64,000 bases of DNA. Origin: Balamuthia mandrillaris. Its lineage: Eukaryota. The notes under the pieces were generated by a model. It was not told where the DNA came from. It ran no database searches and saw only the letters and a list, made by a program, of their open reading frames with translations. The translations under genes were made by a program, and so were the position numbers. The stretch covers positions 62,001 to 126,000 of the forward strand of contig JAVKOQ020000027.1 of the NCBI GenBank assembly GCA_031835245.2, read 5' to 3'. Positions 23,528-35,674 of the stretch are shown one piece after another. The stretch's first letter is position 1. Every line of letters starts with the position of its first letter.

Positions 23528-25672
23528 TCAGAGCTTTTGTCGTGGGTGCAACTGCATAACCAGGTCATCGGGACGAAGGGTAATGCTGAGAACTGGGGTC
23601 ATTGCGTGGTTATTTGCCATACGGAGGGTGTACTTGTTGAGGATCATGCAGAGGACGACCTTGGACTCGAGCAAGGCAAGCCCCTGACCTATGCAGTTTC
23701 TTGGTCCTTGCCCAAAAGGTGCGTATTTGTGATTGTAGTCGGAAGGAGGCCCTGCAAAGCGTTCGGGCCGAAAAGAAAGGGGATCTTCCCACAGTTCCTC
23801 TGCTCTGTGCATCAGCCATGGATATATCTCAATGAAAGTCTTTCATGGTTGGTGGCAAAATGGCACGTGAGTTCACAAGACACAATTGTGGGGAAACCAA
23901 AAACAGAGAAGGACGAACCCCTTTGGGGATGAAATAAGAACCAATCCGATCATCAGCAGCAGTGATTCGGGTTGTCTGCATTGAGACAGGCGGGTACAAT
24001 CGCATACTCTCCTTCATGACTTGAGGAAGGTAACATAGCTTTTGTAGGTCTTCAAAAGTAGGTTCATCACGTCCCGCCATGACGTGATCAACTTCCTCTA
24101 ATACCTTTTTCTCAATATGAGGATGTTGCGAGATGAGATAAAGTGTAAAGGCCAAGGATGCGGCCGTCGTCTCTATTATACCAAGGTTGAGCTACAGAAT
24201 GCATAGGACTCAGAATGAAAGAATCGAATAAAAAACCTACCGTGACCCGCTATTAAAAATGTTATCAACTCGTCGCTTAATTGAGTATCACTAATAGTTT
24301 CACCAGTGTCAGGGTCTTCTGCTGCCAGCAGTCTGCCGAGAAGGTCTTTTGACTTGGACAAGTCTTCTCCTATGCACAGGAATTTAAGCACCCCAAAACT
24401 TTTAAGAGTTGCACAGACTATACTCACCCGAAGCCCTTCTCCTTGCAATCATATCCGATATTTCTCGCATCAGCACAGCTTTCGCCTTTGAGAACTTGTT
24501 ATTCGAAGGCAGTGGGAGCTTCCACCACCACGACGGTCGCCGTTGAAATATTCTGTACTCTGTTTCAGATAAGACTGTTGTAACAGCTTTTGGAATAACG
24601 CCTGTGGAAAAAAAAAAACGAGGCGTCAGTAACCACTCCATACGTCTCTCTTTCGCTCTCCTGTGGTTATGCAGTTGTGGTTGTGGTGCTTCTTAACTTC
24701 ATCTTCATTTCTTTTTCTTTTTTCTTTTTTCTTTTCTTCCTACTATAATGCAGGACTGTTTTGTACCTTCACTATCAGTTAACGAGTTAAACTCATAGCC
24801 AAAACCTGCTACGCCAATAATGTCGAGCGTCACTTTGGTCATATCAGAATGAAGGTTGAAGGGCTGCGAGGGGACAGAATGGGACAGCCTCTCGCGACCA
24901 TTTGAGTTAGAGAACAAGCTATCTTCCCAGCTCTGCAACAATACCGACGTCACTTGAGTAAAACATGGAACCATTGCTTTAAGATACAAAGTGCCAAACG
25001 TAGGGCTCTGCAGTAGTGCATCCACAAAAAAGAGAGATAGAATGCTTCATTAGAATTTGCAGCTATCATCAGAAAAGAGAGGATGAGTGGGAGGACTCAC
25101 CATTATTTTCCTTTGGCGTCGCCAAAAATGACCTGCACCATAACGAGAGAGAGAGAGAAAGAGAGAGAAAGCAAATGAGGAACCTGCCTGTTCTTCGTCA
25201 AAGAGGAAGGAAGGGAAGAAGCAACAACAGGCAAACCATTGGTGAGGAGGAGGCCATTGCCGATAACGTCAATGATGACAGGATCACGATCTTTTGGATA
25301 ATTGTCGCTCTTTGTACTGAGGATTTGCTTGACGTGCTCGGGGTCAGAGATGGCGACGACTGGGTCGGTAAAGTAATAGTACTTAAATATGCCACCGTAC
25401 TCAGCTCGGTAACGGGATAGCACCTGCAGCGGGTCGTGCATTAGCTCTGTGACGTTCCCAAAGAAGGCTTTCGGTGGAGGACCCGGCACCTCCCTCAGCT
25501 TGTCCCCTCCATAGGCATACTTGGCCAAAGAAAGAAGGGAGAAGAAGGAGATGAGACGAGTCAAATGGTAGGTTCAATCAGCGCAAGGAGTGCGTACATG
25601 TAACAGAAATACTTTGAACAACCAAATGAGGGCCAAAGCAATGGCTACGTCAAGAAGTAAGCCTATCGTCAT
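23528..25672 (-). CDS. Cytochrome P450, multi-exon
   Basis: N-terminal TM segment, PGPP, WRRQR, FLIAGHETT, ESMR (ExxR), FRPERF and the heme motif FGQGPRNCIG. Confidence 0.95.
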
Positions 25673-25982
25673 TCTGTGGCCCGCGAAGCTGTCTGTCCGC
25701 TACTGGTGTACAGTTCGGCCCAAAGAGCAGCACTGAAATGGAGTAGTAGTAGCCAGTAGAGGGGGGGCCCGCAATTGGTAGCAGGGCCCGCGGTGGCTAC
25801 TACTTCTGCTGCTTCTTGAACAAGGAAGGGGGAAGAGGAGCGAGCGCGGGTGAAGAGGAAGAGGGCAGCACCAAACCACCACCAGCTGCCGCGCCCCCCG
25901 CTGCTGCTGCCGCTGCTGGTTTGAAGCGTTCAGCGAGCCGCCGAACCTCCTGCTGTTGGAGCTTTCCCCCTAATAGCCACCT

Positions 25983-26153
25983 ATGAGGTTGAGCACCGCT
26001 ATTCTCTGCGCAGTAAAATCTATCGGGTGCTCCGCCTTCACCCTCCTCCTCCTCCTCCTCTTGCCTGCTGTCTGGCTGTGGTTGTCGTCCTCCTTTCCTT
26101 CATGCATAGTACTCCATTCCCGCTCTGTCTTCTCGCCGTCCTTTGGTGCTCTT

Positions 26154-26196
<43 letters not shown>

Positions 26197-27072
26197 CTCT
26201 CTCTGCGCGTGGCGCAGAATGATTTCAAACAAAACAAAACACTAACGGGGGGGGAGGGGTATGTGGTGGTGGCAGCAGCCTGTGCACATGGACGGCAGCC
26301 CAAGCCCCCATACCAGTAGCAGGGCAGGTGCATGCCATCGGTGATGCGGATGCCCCTCTGCAGCTCGAGGCCTTTATTGACTTTCAGGTAGGTCGAGAGT
26401 GAGGTTCCCTAAGTAGTTCCTCGAGAACTGGCTGCAACCAGCTCACTAACGCTTTTCTCCCAGTGCCCAGACTCCAAAGAGGCGTGGCCCACCATGCAAG
26501 CTTTGATGCAGTATTACGGACCGGCTAGGCTGCGTTTTGTGGCGACGGTGTTTCCCTTGCCCTACCACCACAACGCTTTTTTTGCCAGCCAGGGCGCTGT
26601 CGTGGTGACCAACCTCACCAACAACGCTGCCTCTTTCTGGAAATGGGCAGACGTTCTTTTTGAGCGGCAGGTATTTCCTTGCTCTGAATCCCCGCTTTGC
26701 TCCAACAAAACCACCACCTTTGGCTTACCATTTGTAACACGTATGATGGTGATGATGATGATATGAGCACAGAATGAATGGGGAGACCAGCCCACCCAAA
26801 GCAAGACACCGCTGCAAGTGATTGCTATGATGAGCCAGTATGCCCAACAGTGCTGTGCGGTGCAGGCTTCTTCTTTTGTGGAGCAGATGGGCTGGGTTAC
26901 GCAGCAAAACATCCTGGCCAGAACGGCCTGGAAGTATGCTGCCGCCTCTGGCATATACGGCACCCCAATGTTCAAAGTCAATGGGGTGCTCACCAACGCT
27001 GCCTCTGACTGGACTTTTAAGCAATGGCTCGCGTTGTTGGACCCGCTACTTGCCCCACCATCATCCCTCTAA
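25983..27072 (+). CDS. DsbA-like thioredoxin-fold protein with CxxS active site, probably secreted
   Basis: Spliced LEAFIDFQ|CPDSK, FPLPYHHNAF and GIYGTPMFKVNG. The N-terminus is hydrophobic and the start is uncertain. Confidence 0.8.
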
Positions 27073-27188
27073 TACGCAAAACTAACCACGTTGTTGCCCA
27101 TGTTTGGGGGAGGAAGGGTGCGGCTCGCCAATTGTCCCCCCTAAACAAGAATGCCCAAACCACTGCTGCTGCTGCTCCCACAAAGACA

Positions 27189-27377
27189 AGAGGAGAGGAG
27201 AGAGAGGAGAGGAGAGAGCAGAGAGCAGAGAGCAGAGAGCAGAGAGCAGAGAGCAGAGAGGAGAGAGAGGAGAGAGAGGAGAGAGGAGAGAGGAGAGAGG
27301 GAGAGGAGAGAGGGAGAGAGGAGGAGAGGGGAGAGAGGAGAGAGGAGAGAGGAGAGAGGAGAGAGGAGAGAGGAGAG
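27189..27377. repeat. Intergenic (GAGAG/GCAGAGA)n purine microsatellite
   Basis: Directly visible. Confidence 0.9.
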
Positions 27378-27431
27378 AACAACTCACTTGCACCACCTCA
27401 TTCGCTCAACACCACCACTCAGCCGTGACAA

Positions 27432-27731
27432 ATGGGCAAAGCTAAGAAACGCAAAGGACAGGTCAGGAGTGTGCCCTACACTACTGCCTCTTCGGGCATG
27501 GAGCTGCAGGCCTCAGAGGAACAAGCGTCCTCCGGCAAACCTCGCCGAGGGAAAGAGCCGGAGAAGAAATCCTTTTTGGAGGAGGCCGCCGATAATCCAC
27601 TGGAAGAAGGAGGAGACACAGAGGGCAGCTGCACTAACACTAAAGGCAAAATACTTCAACGGCATAAACAAGAATGGAAGCAGGTCCGCAAACAAATAGA
27701 AGCCCTACGGCAAAAAAGGTGTGGTATACCG

Positions 27732-27774
<43 letters not shown>

Positions 27775-28087
27775 GCGTTGTTCACACTCACTCACTCACT
27801 CCACTCCACTCTTCATGTTGCCGCCTATGCGCTGCTTGATGGAATAGACTGAAGCTTAACAAGAAAAGTGTCGATAAAAAAGAAGGACGAAAGCAACTGA
27901 CAAAGCAAATGAAGTACTTGGAAGATAGCATGAAGGAGAGGCATCGCCGAGAACTAGAAGAGTTTGAAGCACAGCAACAAACAAGGTTTGGCCCGTCCTC
28001 TCTCTTGTTGGTTTATGTAACTTGCTGATTGTTCCTTCCCAATCCCCTCTCAGCACACCGGTAGAACAGAACGTTACTTCAATGTAG
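27432..28087 (+). CDS. Small coiled-coil protein resembling the OTUD6/Otu2 N-terminal region, with no OTU catalytic domain
   Basis: KILQRHKQEWKQVRKQI..RKQLTKQMKYLEDSMKERHRRELEEF, over three GT-AG exons. Confidence 0.55.
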
Positions 28088-28298
28088 TTATCCAGCGCCC
28101 CGCAAGCACCTCCCCTCTCCTCCTTTCTACTTAACTCTTCTTCCATATCTAGGAGTTTTTTATTTGTGCTCTTAAATGCTGCTACTATCGCATCCTACTT
28201 TAGAGCAGAGTTGAGAATGAGGTTAGATGGAATGGGTGGGCGGATAAACTTGAACACACAAACCCACCAAGAAAGATGAAAGAACAGCCCTAGAATCA

Positions 28299-28711
28299 TC
28301 ACATGTCACCAACCTCATTGAGAGAGGACCAGCCAACATCCAGCTCCTCCTTTTCCACTTGAACAGCCAAGTGGTGGATGAAACTGGAAAAGAGGTTGTG
28401 CATCTTGGCTAGTATCAACTGCTCGTCTGTCTCAGGTTTCACTCTAACGTAGAAGCTGCCTACATATTCGCCTGTTTTTTGGAGACAAGACATTGCTCAC
28501 TCAGTATTTTGACCACATTCATCCTGTACTTAAAATGATGCGGAAAAGAAGCAAGAGATACGCAACTTGGAGCTTGTGTCCAAAAGTGCTCGTTGCGGCA
28601 TTCCAGCACACCCTCGTATGTTGATGCCTTCATTGGAGTGGTGTTGCCACAGAAGGTGAAGTATGAACCCATTCAAATAGGCAGCGTAAAGGCAATGTAG
28701 TTAGCAAGGCT

Positions 28712-28768
<57 letters not shown>

Positions 28769-30211
28769 TCCCTATTCCCTCTTCCTGTGGACAATGCTAC
28801 AAACCTCTCGAAGGCTCCTATCAAGTCTATCTTTGATGGAAAGGGGGGTAGTCTGCAGCAACACCCTACCCATACTCTTTGCGGAGGGCAGCACCTCATA
28901 CATCAAAAATAGAGTGCAGGCTATGGCCGCCGTTGTGTCAGCCCATATCACGTTCCTGTATTTATGTTGGTTGATAGAAAGAAGGATAGGAAAGCGCGAG
29001 GTTGATCGAGAGAAGTAACGAGCACGCACAACAAACAAAAGATAGGGAAGCCGTGCAGAAAAAGAGAGTACTAACCACTGCGACATAAACGCAGAAAGTA
29101 CGATTCCCAGTGTCATAACGATGGAGGAGACGATCCCCCAAAATGTGCTATCAAAGTCATCGTTGGTTGTCCTGCTTTCTGTTATTTTGGTATAACCACG
29201 ATAAAAAGTGATGTTTATCAACCACCGCCACTTCACCCCATTACGCCCGCCATCATATTCTGAACACAGAAGTGCACAAGTGGATAATAGAGTTATGAAG
29301 CGTACCAGAGCCATGAGCGCGAAGATGCACCTTAAAACCAACAATGGCAACCAAGTTCAACACCATTCCCATCACTGATATGACCAGCACGCTAGACCTA
29401 GACCAAGAGAGAGGAATGAAGCATGAAGGAAGAGAGAGAGAGAGAGAGAGAGGAGAGAAGGAGGGGAGCGTTATTATGGCCCATGTCACTGAGCGAAGAA
29501 ACATTAAGGGCGAAATAGAGAGAAAGAAGCGAGGAGGTGCCAGACATATCCTACGTGTTAATTTCAGGCAGCTCAGGTCCAGTAATAATATGCTCCAAGA
29601 CTTCAAAAATCACAAAGAGGGCACAAAAGGCGAGAAGGACAGCGCCAGTGAAAGCCACTACGACCTGCATGCGCTGATAGCTGCAGTAGCACCTCCCATT
29701 AGTTGGCCAACTCCTCTCAGAGAAAATAAGGTCTGCTCACCCATAAGAGTAGCTTTCAGAGGGCTTGTGCCGGTAGCAACACATGGAAACAAGGTTCACA
29801 AACAAGGCCATCAGACGATGGGAAGTTGCAAGGCCTAGTGCCACCATGGCTGAGTGAAGGGTTAGAGGAGGAGAAACACAAAAAGGTTTAGTCGCCGTCA
29901 CCAATGAATGAATGAATGAATGAATGAATGAGAGCAAACAGTGATACAAGGAGCCACAAACCAAGACTTCCAGTAGAGTAACCGTATGCCATTTGGAGGG
30001 CCACTACACTGAAGAACAGGCACGCCAACAGAAACAAGTGCCGCGTTTCTCTCTGTTGGCACAGGCACTGCACCTCTCTCCAAGCAAATTGTTGCCATGA
30101 CCGTAGCTGTGTAGCCAAACGGAAAAGGAGACCAAGGAAAACGTTGTTGTGCGACAGGTCGTGACGGTGAGCAGTGAATCCCGGCACCCCTGGCCCAAAG
30201 TCTTGTTCCAT
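28299..30211 (-). CDS. Cation diffusion facilitator (SLC30/ZnT5-7-like) zinc transporter, multi-exon
   Basis: Multiple TM segments, YSYGYQRMQVVVAF, GRVLLQTTP, EGVLECRNEHFWT and HHLAVQVEK. Confidence 0.85.
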
Positions 30212-30552
30212 TTTTTATTTTTTGCTTGTCTGTTGTAGTCTTAGGTGGTGGTGGTGGTTGCCAACTGCCTTTCTTTCCCTCTCCTTCTTCCTTGTCCCTC
30301 CTCTTCCTCCTTGCTGTTTCTTTTCTTTTCGCGGCAGAGTGACGTGCGCCTGCCCTACTTCAGGACAAACGTGACATCATCACCAGCACGGAAAAAATTC
30401 GGAAAATTTTGCTCTCCCTTCTTCTTCCCCCCTCTTCTTCTTCCCCTCTTCTTCCTGTGCGCGTGCGTTTGCTTCTGAAGAACAAGCTTCTTTTCGTACT
30501 GCTGTTGCTCACAGCGTTCCCCCCCACCACCAAGTATAAGTGCTTCGCCAAA

Positions 30553-33500
30553 ATGTTGACCCAACTGAAGAGAGGGCAGTGCCCCACTAGCAGCATCCAG
30601 TGCTCCCCCTCCGCCCTCTTCCGGGGTGTCTTTAAGCCACAGGAGAGGGCTAGGCTGGCTTCCACCCTTTCCTCGCCTTCCGTTGCCGTACGCCTCCCTC
30701 TGTAACCGCAAGTGCTTCTGTGCTCACTCCTTGTATTTCAGCAGAGGAACAGCGCAGCGTTGAGTAGCGGTTGCTTGTTGCCGCGTCGCTACTCGCCGCT
30801 GCTCCACCTCAACGGAAGGAGGGGGGTGCAACTGACCGCGTTCCCTCACTGCAGCAACAACAGGTCGGTGCGCGGCAGGCCCTTCACCTCTTCTGCATGG
30901 CAGAGGGCCGCCGCTGGTGGTCCCGTCGACGCTGAGATAGTCGAGCCAGAAGCAACCACACAGAAACCAACCTCTAATCAGAAGAAGGAGGAGGAGGAGG
31001 AGGAAAGGGGCACCATTGAAGAGTCCGAAACACTGAAAGGTTCTGAATTACCCTCCTCCTCCACCCATTTTTGCTGGTTTTATTTTTCCACCGGTGATTG
31101 ATTAACTTCTTCTGCTCAAAAAAAGGCAAGCCCGAGAAGCATGAATTCCAGTCGGAGACGAGAAAGCTTCTGGATATCGTCGCCAAGTCCCTCTACACTG
31201 AAAAAGAGGTCCCTCATACTTCTCATTCTCCCTTTCTCTCTCTCTCTCTCTCTCTCTCTTTCTCCTTATATACTCAGTGATTGTGCTTAGGTCTTTATTC
31301 GAGAGCTTATCTCAAATGCCTCAGACGCTTTGGAGAAGGTTAGGCACATGCAGCAGTCCAAAGAAATAGCAGACAAATATTTGGATATGGAAGTCCAACT
31401 CTCCGTGGATGAGAAAAAGAAGACGCTCACCATTCAAGACTTTGGCGTGGGCATGACTAAAGAAGAATTGGTGGAAAATCTTGGCACCATTGCTCACTCT
31501 GGTTTGTTGTTCTTTTTTTGGAGTGATGCCATGATGAGCAGGCTTCTCACTTCTCTCTTTTGCTTTGGCTAAAAGGCACTGAACAGTTCATCAAGAACAT
31601 GGGAGGAGGCATCTCACCTGAAAATATCATAGGCCAGTTTGGTGTCGGCTTTTATTCGGTGTTTATGGTGGCCGATCATGTCAACGTATACTCCCGCTCA
31701 GCAACACCCGATTCCCTGGGCTACTGCTGGAGCTCCGATGGGTACGAGCACCTCGCTCTTAGTTTTGTTGTTATAGCTCTTGATCTCTTACTTCTTCACT
31801 TCTTGGATGGCGCATAGCTCTGGAACGTACACTATTACTGAGGCTGATGGTGTTACTCGAGGTACCAAAATTGTAATTCACTTAAAGGAAGGCTGCAAGC
31901 AGTTTGCCAAGAAGCTTAACGTAGAAAGTAAGTTTGGTTATTTGTTCGTTTCAGTAGTTTATTTGGCTAATCTTAACGATCTCAACGTAGACATCATCAA
32001 AAAGTACTCCAACTTTGTTGGTTTTCCGATAAAGTTAAATGGCGAGCGGGTTAACACTGTTAAACCCCTGTGGACATTGCCAAAAGACAGCATTACTGAA
32101 CAAGAACACAAAGAGTTCTACCAGTTTCTTGCTCACTCCTACGATGAGCCCATGTATCGCCTGCATTTTACAAGTGACAGTCCCTTCAGTCTTCAAAGCA
32201 TTTTCTACGTGCCTGAGCAACATCAAGAAAAGTATGGTATGGGAAGGATGGAGCCTGGTGTTAACCTCTTTAGCCGAAAGGTCCTCATCAAGCCGAAGAT
32301 GAAATCTTTGCTGCCTGACTGGCTTCGATTCATAAAAGGCGTCGTAGATTGTGAGGACATTTCTCTTCATGTGAGCAGAGAGCATTTTCAAGATAGCGAG
32401 CTGATCAAACGTCTTGGAAACGTGCTGACTTCCAGGTATTTCCTTCTTCCTATATTTGAGCTTATTACCTTTGTAGCCACCGATTGCTGTTCTACTTAAC
32501 TTGTTGGTATTCTCTACGCAAAGATTGCTTAAGCACTTTGAAGCCGAGGCCAAGAGCGACCCGAAGAAATATAACACTAAGTTCTGGGCTGAGTTTGGCA
32601 ACTTCTTGAAGGAAGGAATTTGCACGGACACCAAGTGGAAGGTTGGTTATCTTATATGCAAAACGAAGCAGAGCGTGAGCTCATTATTTCTTTTATTACG
32701 TTCATATTGCTAGGATGACCTTGGAAAGTTGTTGAGGTGTGAATCATCTCATGTGCAAGATGGTGAGTTGATTACGTTGGAGGAATATGTGGACAGAATG
32801 CCTGAACAGCAGAAGCAGATCTACTATCTTGTGGCCCCCAACAGAAAGTTTGCCGAGGGCTCTCCCTACTACGAAGGATTCAAGAAGGAGGGCCTCGAGG
32901 TGTTGTTCCTCTACTCCAATATCGATGATTTTGTGATGCAAAATTTGGGAGAATTTAAAGGCAAGAGGCTTGTCAGCGTTGAGTCGGCTGAGGCACCTTC
33001 CAGCAAAAAGCCTGTCCAGGACGAGGAGGTAGCAATGGCTCCCTCCGAAGTTGAAGACTTTTCCAAATGGCTGCAAAACTCTTTGTCAGACAAGGTTTCC
33101 AGTGTCAAGGTATCGTTGGCAACATTACAGTTTGCTCTTGTTTAGAAGTACTCTTCTCATATCGTGTTTGGTGAATTGAACAGGAAACAAAACGGCTGGT
33201 AAGCACCCCTGCCATTGTGGTTGACCACGAATCTGCCTCTTTCCGCCGAATGATGAAGTTTGTGGATCCTTCGCGTGCGCCTAAGCTGCCCAAGCAGAGA
33301 CTGGAGATCAACACAGCTCATCCCGTCATATCCAAGCTCAACCAAATTCGCCAAGTCCAACCCAACATTGCCAAGATGGTTGCCGAACAGGTATTATTTA
33401 TTTCTTGTTGTATTTTGTTAGGTTTTTTAACAAGAATTGTCTTACATTTTGGTGTGATTGGTTACGGTCAGATCTACGACGATGCTCTGATAGCAGCAGG

Positions 33501-33568
33501 CCTAATGGATGACGCTAGGGCCATGCTCCCGAGGCTTAATTCGATTCTTGGTACGCCTCCCTTTCCCG

Positions 33569-33609
<41 letters not shown>

Positions 33610-33727
33610 CTTTCCCTCACCAGCCCGCCCCCCCTTTGCAGAATTGGCGCTAGAATCGAGGGCAGCGGCTGATCACCACAAAGCATCCGATGCTAGCGAC
33701 AAGGCCGATACCACCGCTGCTAACTAA
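30553..33727 (+). CDS. TRAP1: Mitochondrial HSP90 (TRAP1/HSP75), multi-exon
   Basis: [59 protein letters not shown] and [13 protein letters not shown], with a presequence-like N-terminus. Confidence 0.93.
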
Positions 33728-33949
33728 ATGCGTTGGGCTCTCTAATGATGATGGGCTTCTTCTTCTCGCTGGGAGGGGGCGCCTCATTGAGTCACCCCTC
33801 AAGCATTAATTCATTAATAAATGAATAAATTAATGATGAAAAGCCAAGCAAGCTACGGGTTTCCCCTTTTTATTTAAAAAGACGAAAAGAAAGCGAAGCG
33901 GCACAAAAAGCAAAGCAACCTTCTCGCAGCATCACCCGACTTGCTAACA

Positions 33950-35381
33950 ATGCCTCTTACCCACAGTATTGGCTTGGAGGAGCTCGCCAAATATTTTCAC
34001 ATGCCTATTAACAGTAGGTTTCCACTCTGTTCAAACGATAAAGTCATTTTCACTCAAACACTGGTTGATCAGGCGTGGCCAAAGAACTGGGAGTCTGTGC
34101 CACCGTCTTGAAGAAAATATGCAGAAGGAATGGTGAGTGGTTCGTTCGTAGGGTTTTTTTTTTTGGTAACTCGCTTCTACTTCTCCTGACTGATGCGCTC
34201 TGCACCCAGGAATTCCCAGGTGGCCCCACCGCAAGATTAAAAGCTTGGACAAAATGATCAAAACGCTTTCTGCGGCAGGTTCGTCGTTTGCATTATGAAC
34301 TTAAACAACAAAGGCAATAAGTAGGCAAGCTTTGCTAACATAACCCTTCGTAGTTCCGAAAAATGAGGAAGATGAGGAAAGGATCAAACAAGAAATCAAC
34401 ACCCTGAAAGAGAAGCGAAGTTTTTTGGTAACAAATCCCAATGTGCTGTACGTCCTTTCCCATTCATTTATGCTTGGTTTCTGTTGTACGTGAAGACCAA
34501 CCTAATCTTGCTCCCCCTTGCGAAGATTAAAGACCACAAAGAAGCCAAGCGCTAACAGGAGACGAAAGAAGCCTGCCGATGAGGAGGCAATGACAGGAGG
34601 TCCGCAGCCGGGTCCTTTGCCTACAAACTGGGCCACTAAAAGACAAAAACTCAACAACTCTGTCGCTCGTAGACTTCCGGCTTTCGGCCAGTCGCCATTT
34701 GCAGAAGGAGAGTTGGAGTCGCTCGTCATAGCAGCTACTTCTGCCACTGCCGCAAGAGACCGACCATTTGCATATATGTTGACCCAAATGCACACCGCAA
34801 GTACAAGCACTACAACGCAGAAAAAGACGATGCCCATCAACCCCCTGCCACAGCCAATCACAGCTCTTCCCTTTTCGCCTACATTCCCTCAAAGAGGTTC
34901 CTCTGACGTCAAAAGTGCAACTCCAATGACCTCCTTGTCTGCATTTTCGCCACCACTCATTTCACAAAAGGACACCGAGAATTCTTCTTTGGAACTTCCT
35001 CGTTTGCAGCTAAAAGCGGAGCCAGACGGCAAGGACAAAAATGAAGAGGCAGAGAGAACTCAAAGCGACCAAGAAACAGGCACAACATCACAACCAAAGC
35101 TTCACACCGTGGAGCCCCCTATTTTTGATTCCTCGCTGGACTACTACCCCGCCCACGAGCCTCTTGCTAAGATACACGAGAGCAAAGCTGCGAAGCAAAC
35201 AATCTCTTCCCACAGGCCGCCACCCGCCTCCCCGTCCAAAAACAAAGCCAAATCAAAGGCAAATTCCTCTCGCCCGGTGCGCACCATAGTGTTTCACACA
35301 GAAACTCCCTACATTCCCTCGTCTTCCTTTGCCTCTTCCACCAGTACAACCAGCAACACCAAGTCCCGCCAGAAGGAATAG
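33950..35381 (+). CDS. RWP-RK domain transcription factor, multi-exon
   Basis: Spliced [45 protein letters not shown]. Confidence 0.9.
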
Positions 35382-35674
35382 AAGGAGATGCCAGCACTCT
35401 TCTACTGATGGATTAAAAGTCACACAAGTGAGTAAACTCACAAAATGAAAGTTCTTGCGAGGATGTGGTGATGGGGTGGACTAGAGAAGGAATAGAAGAG
35501 TGCTGGCACAGAATAAACACATGGTGTCATGTGTAAAACTCATTTTTTTTTCAACAAAAAGCAAATTTCAGTATGTATACGAAGCAGGTGAGGACCATGC
35601 AGAGAAGAAAGGCAAGCATGTCCTCCACGTTGTCTGTCTTGTCACAGGAGAAGAAGCGCAAAAGAAGGCGTTGC

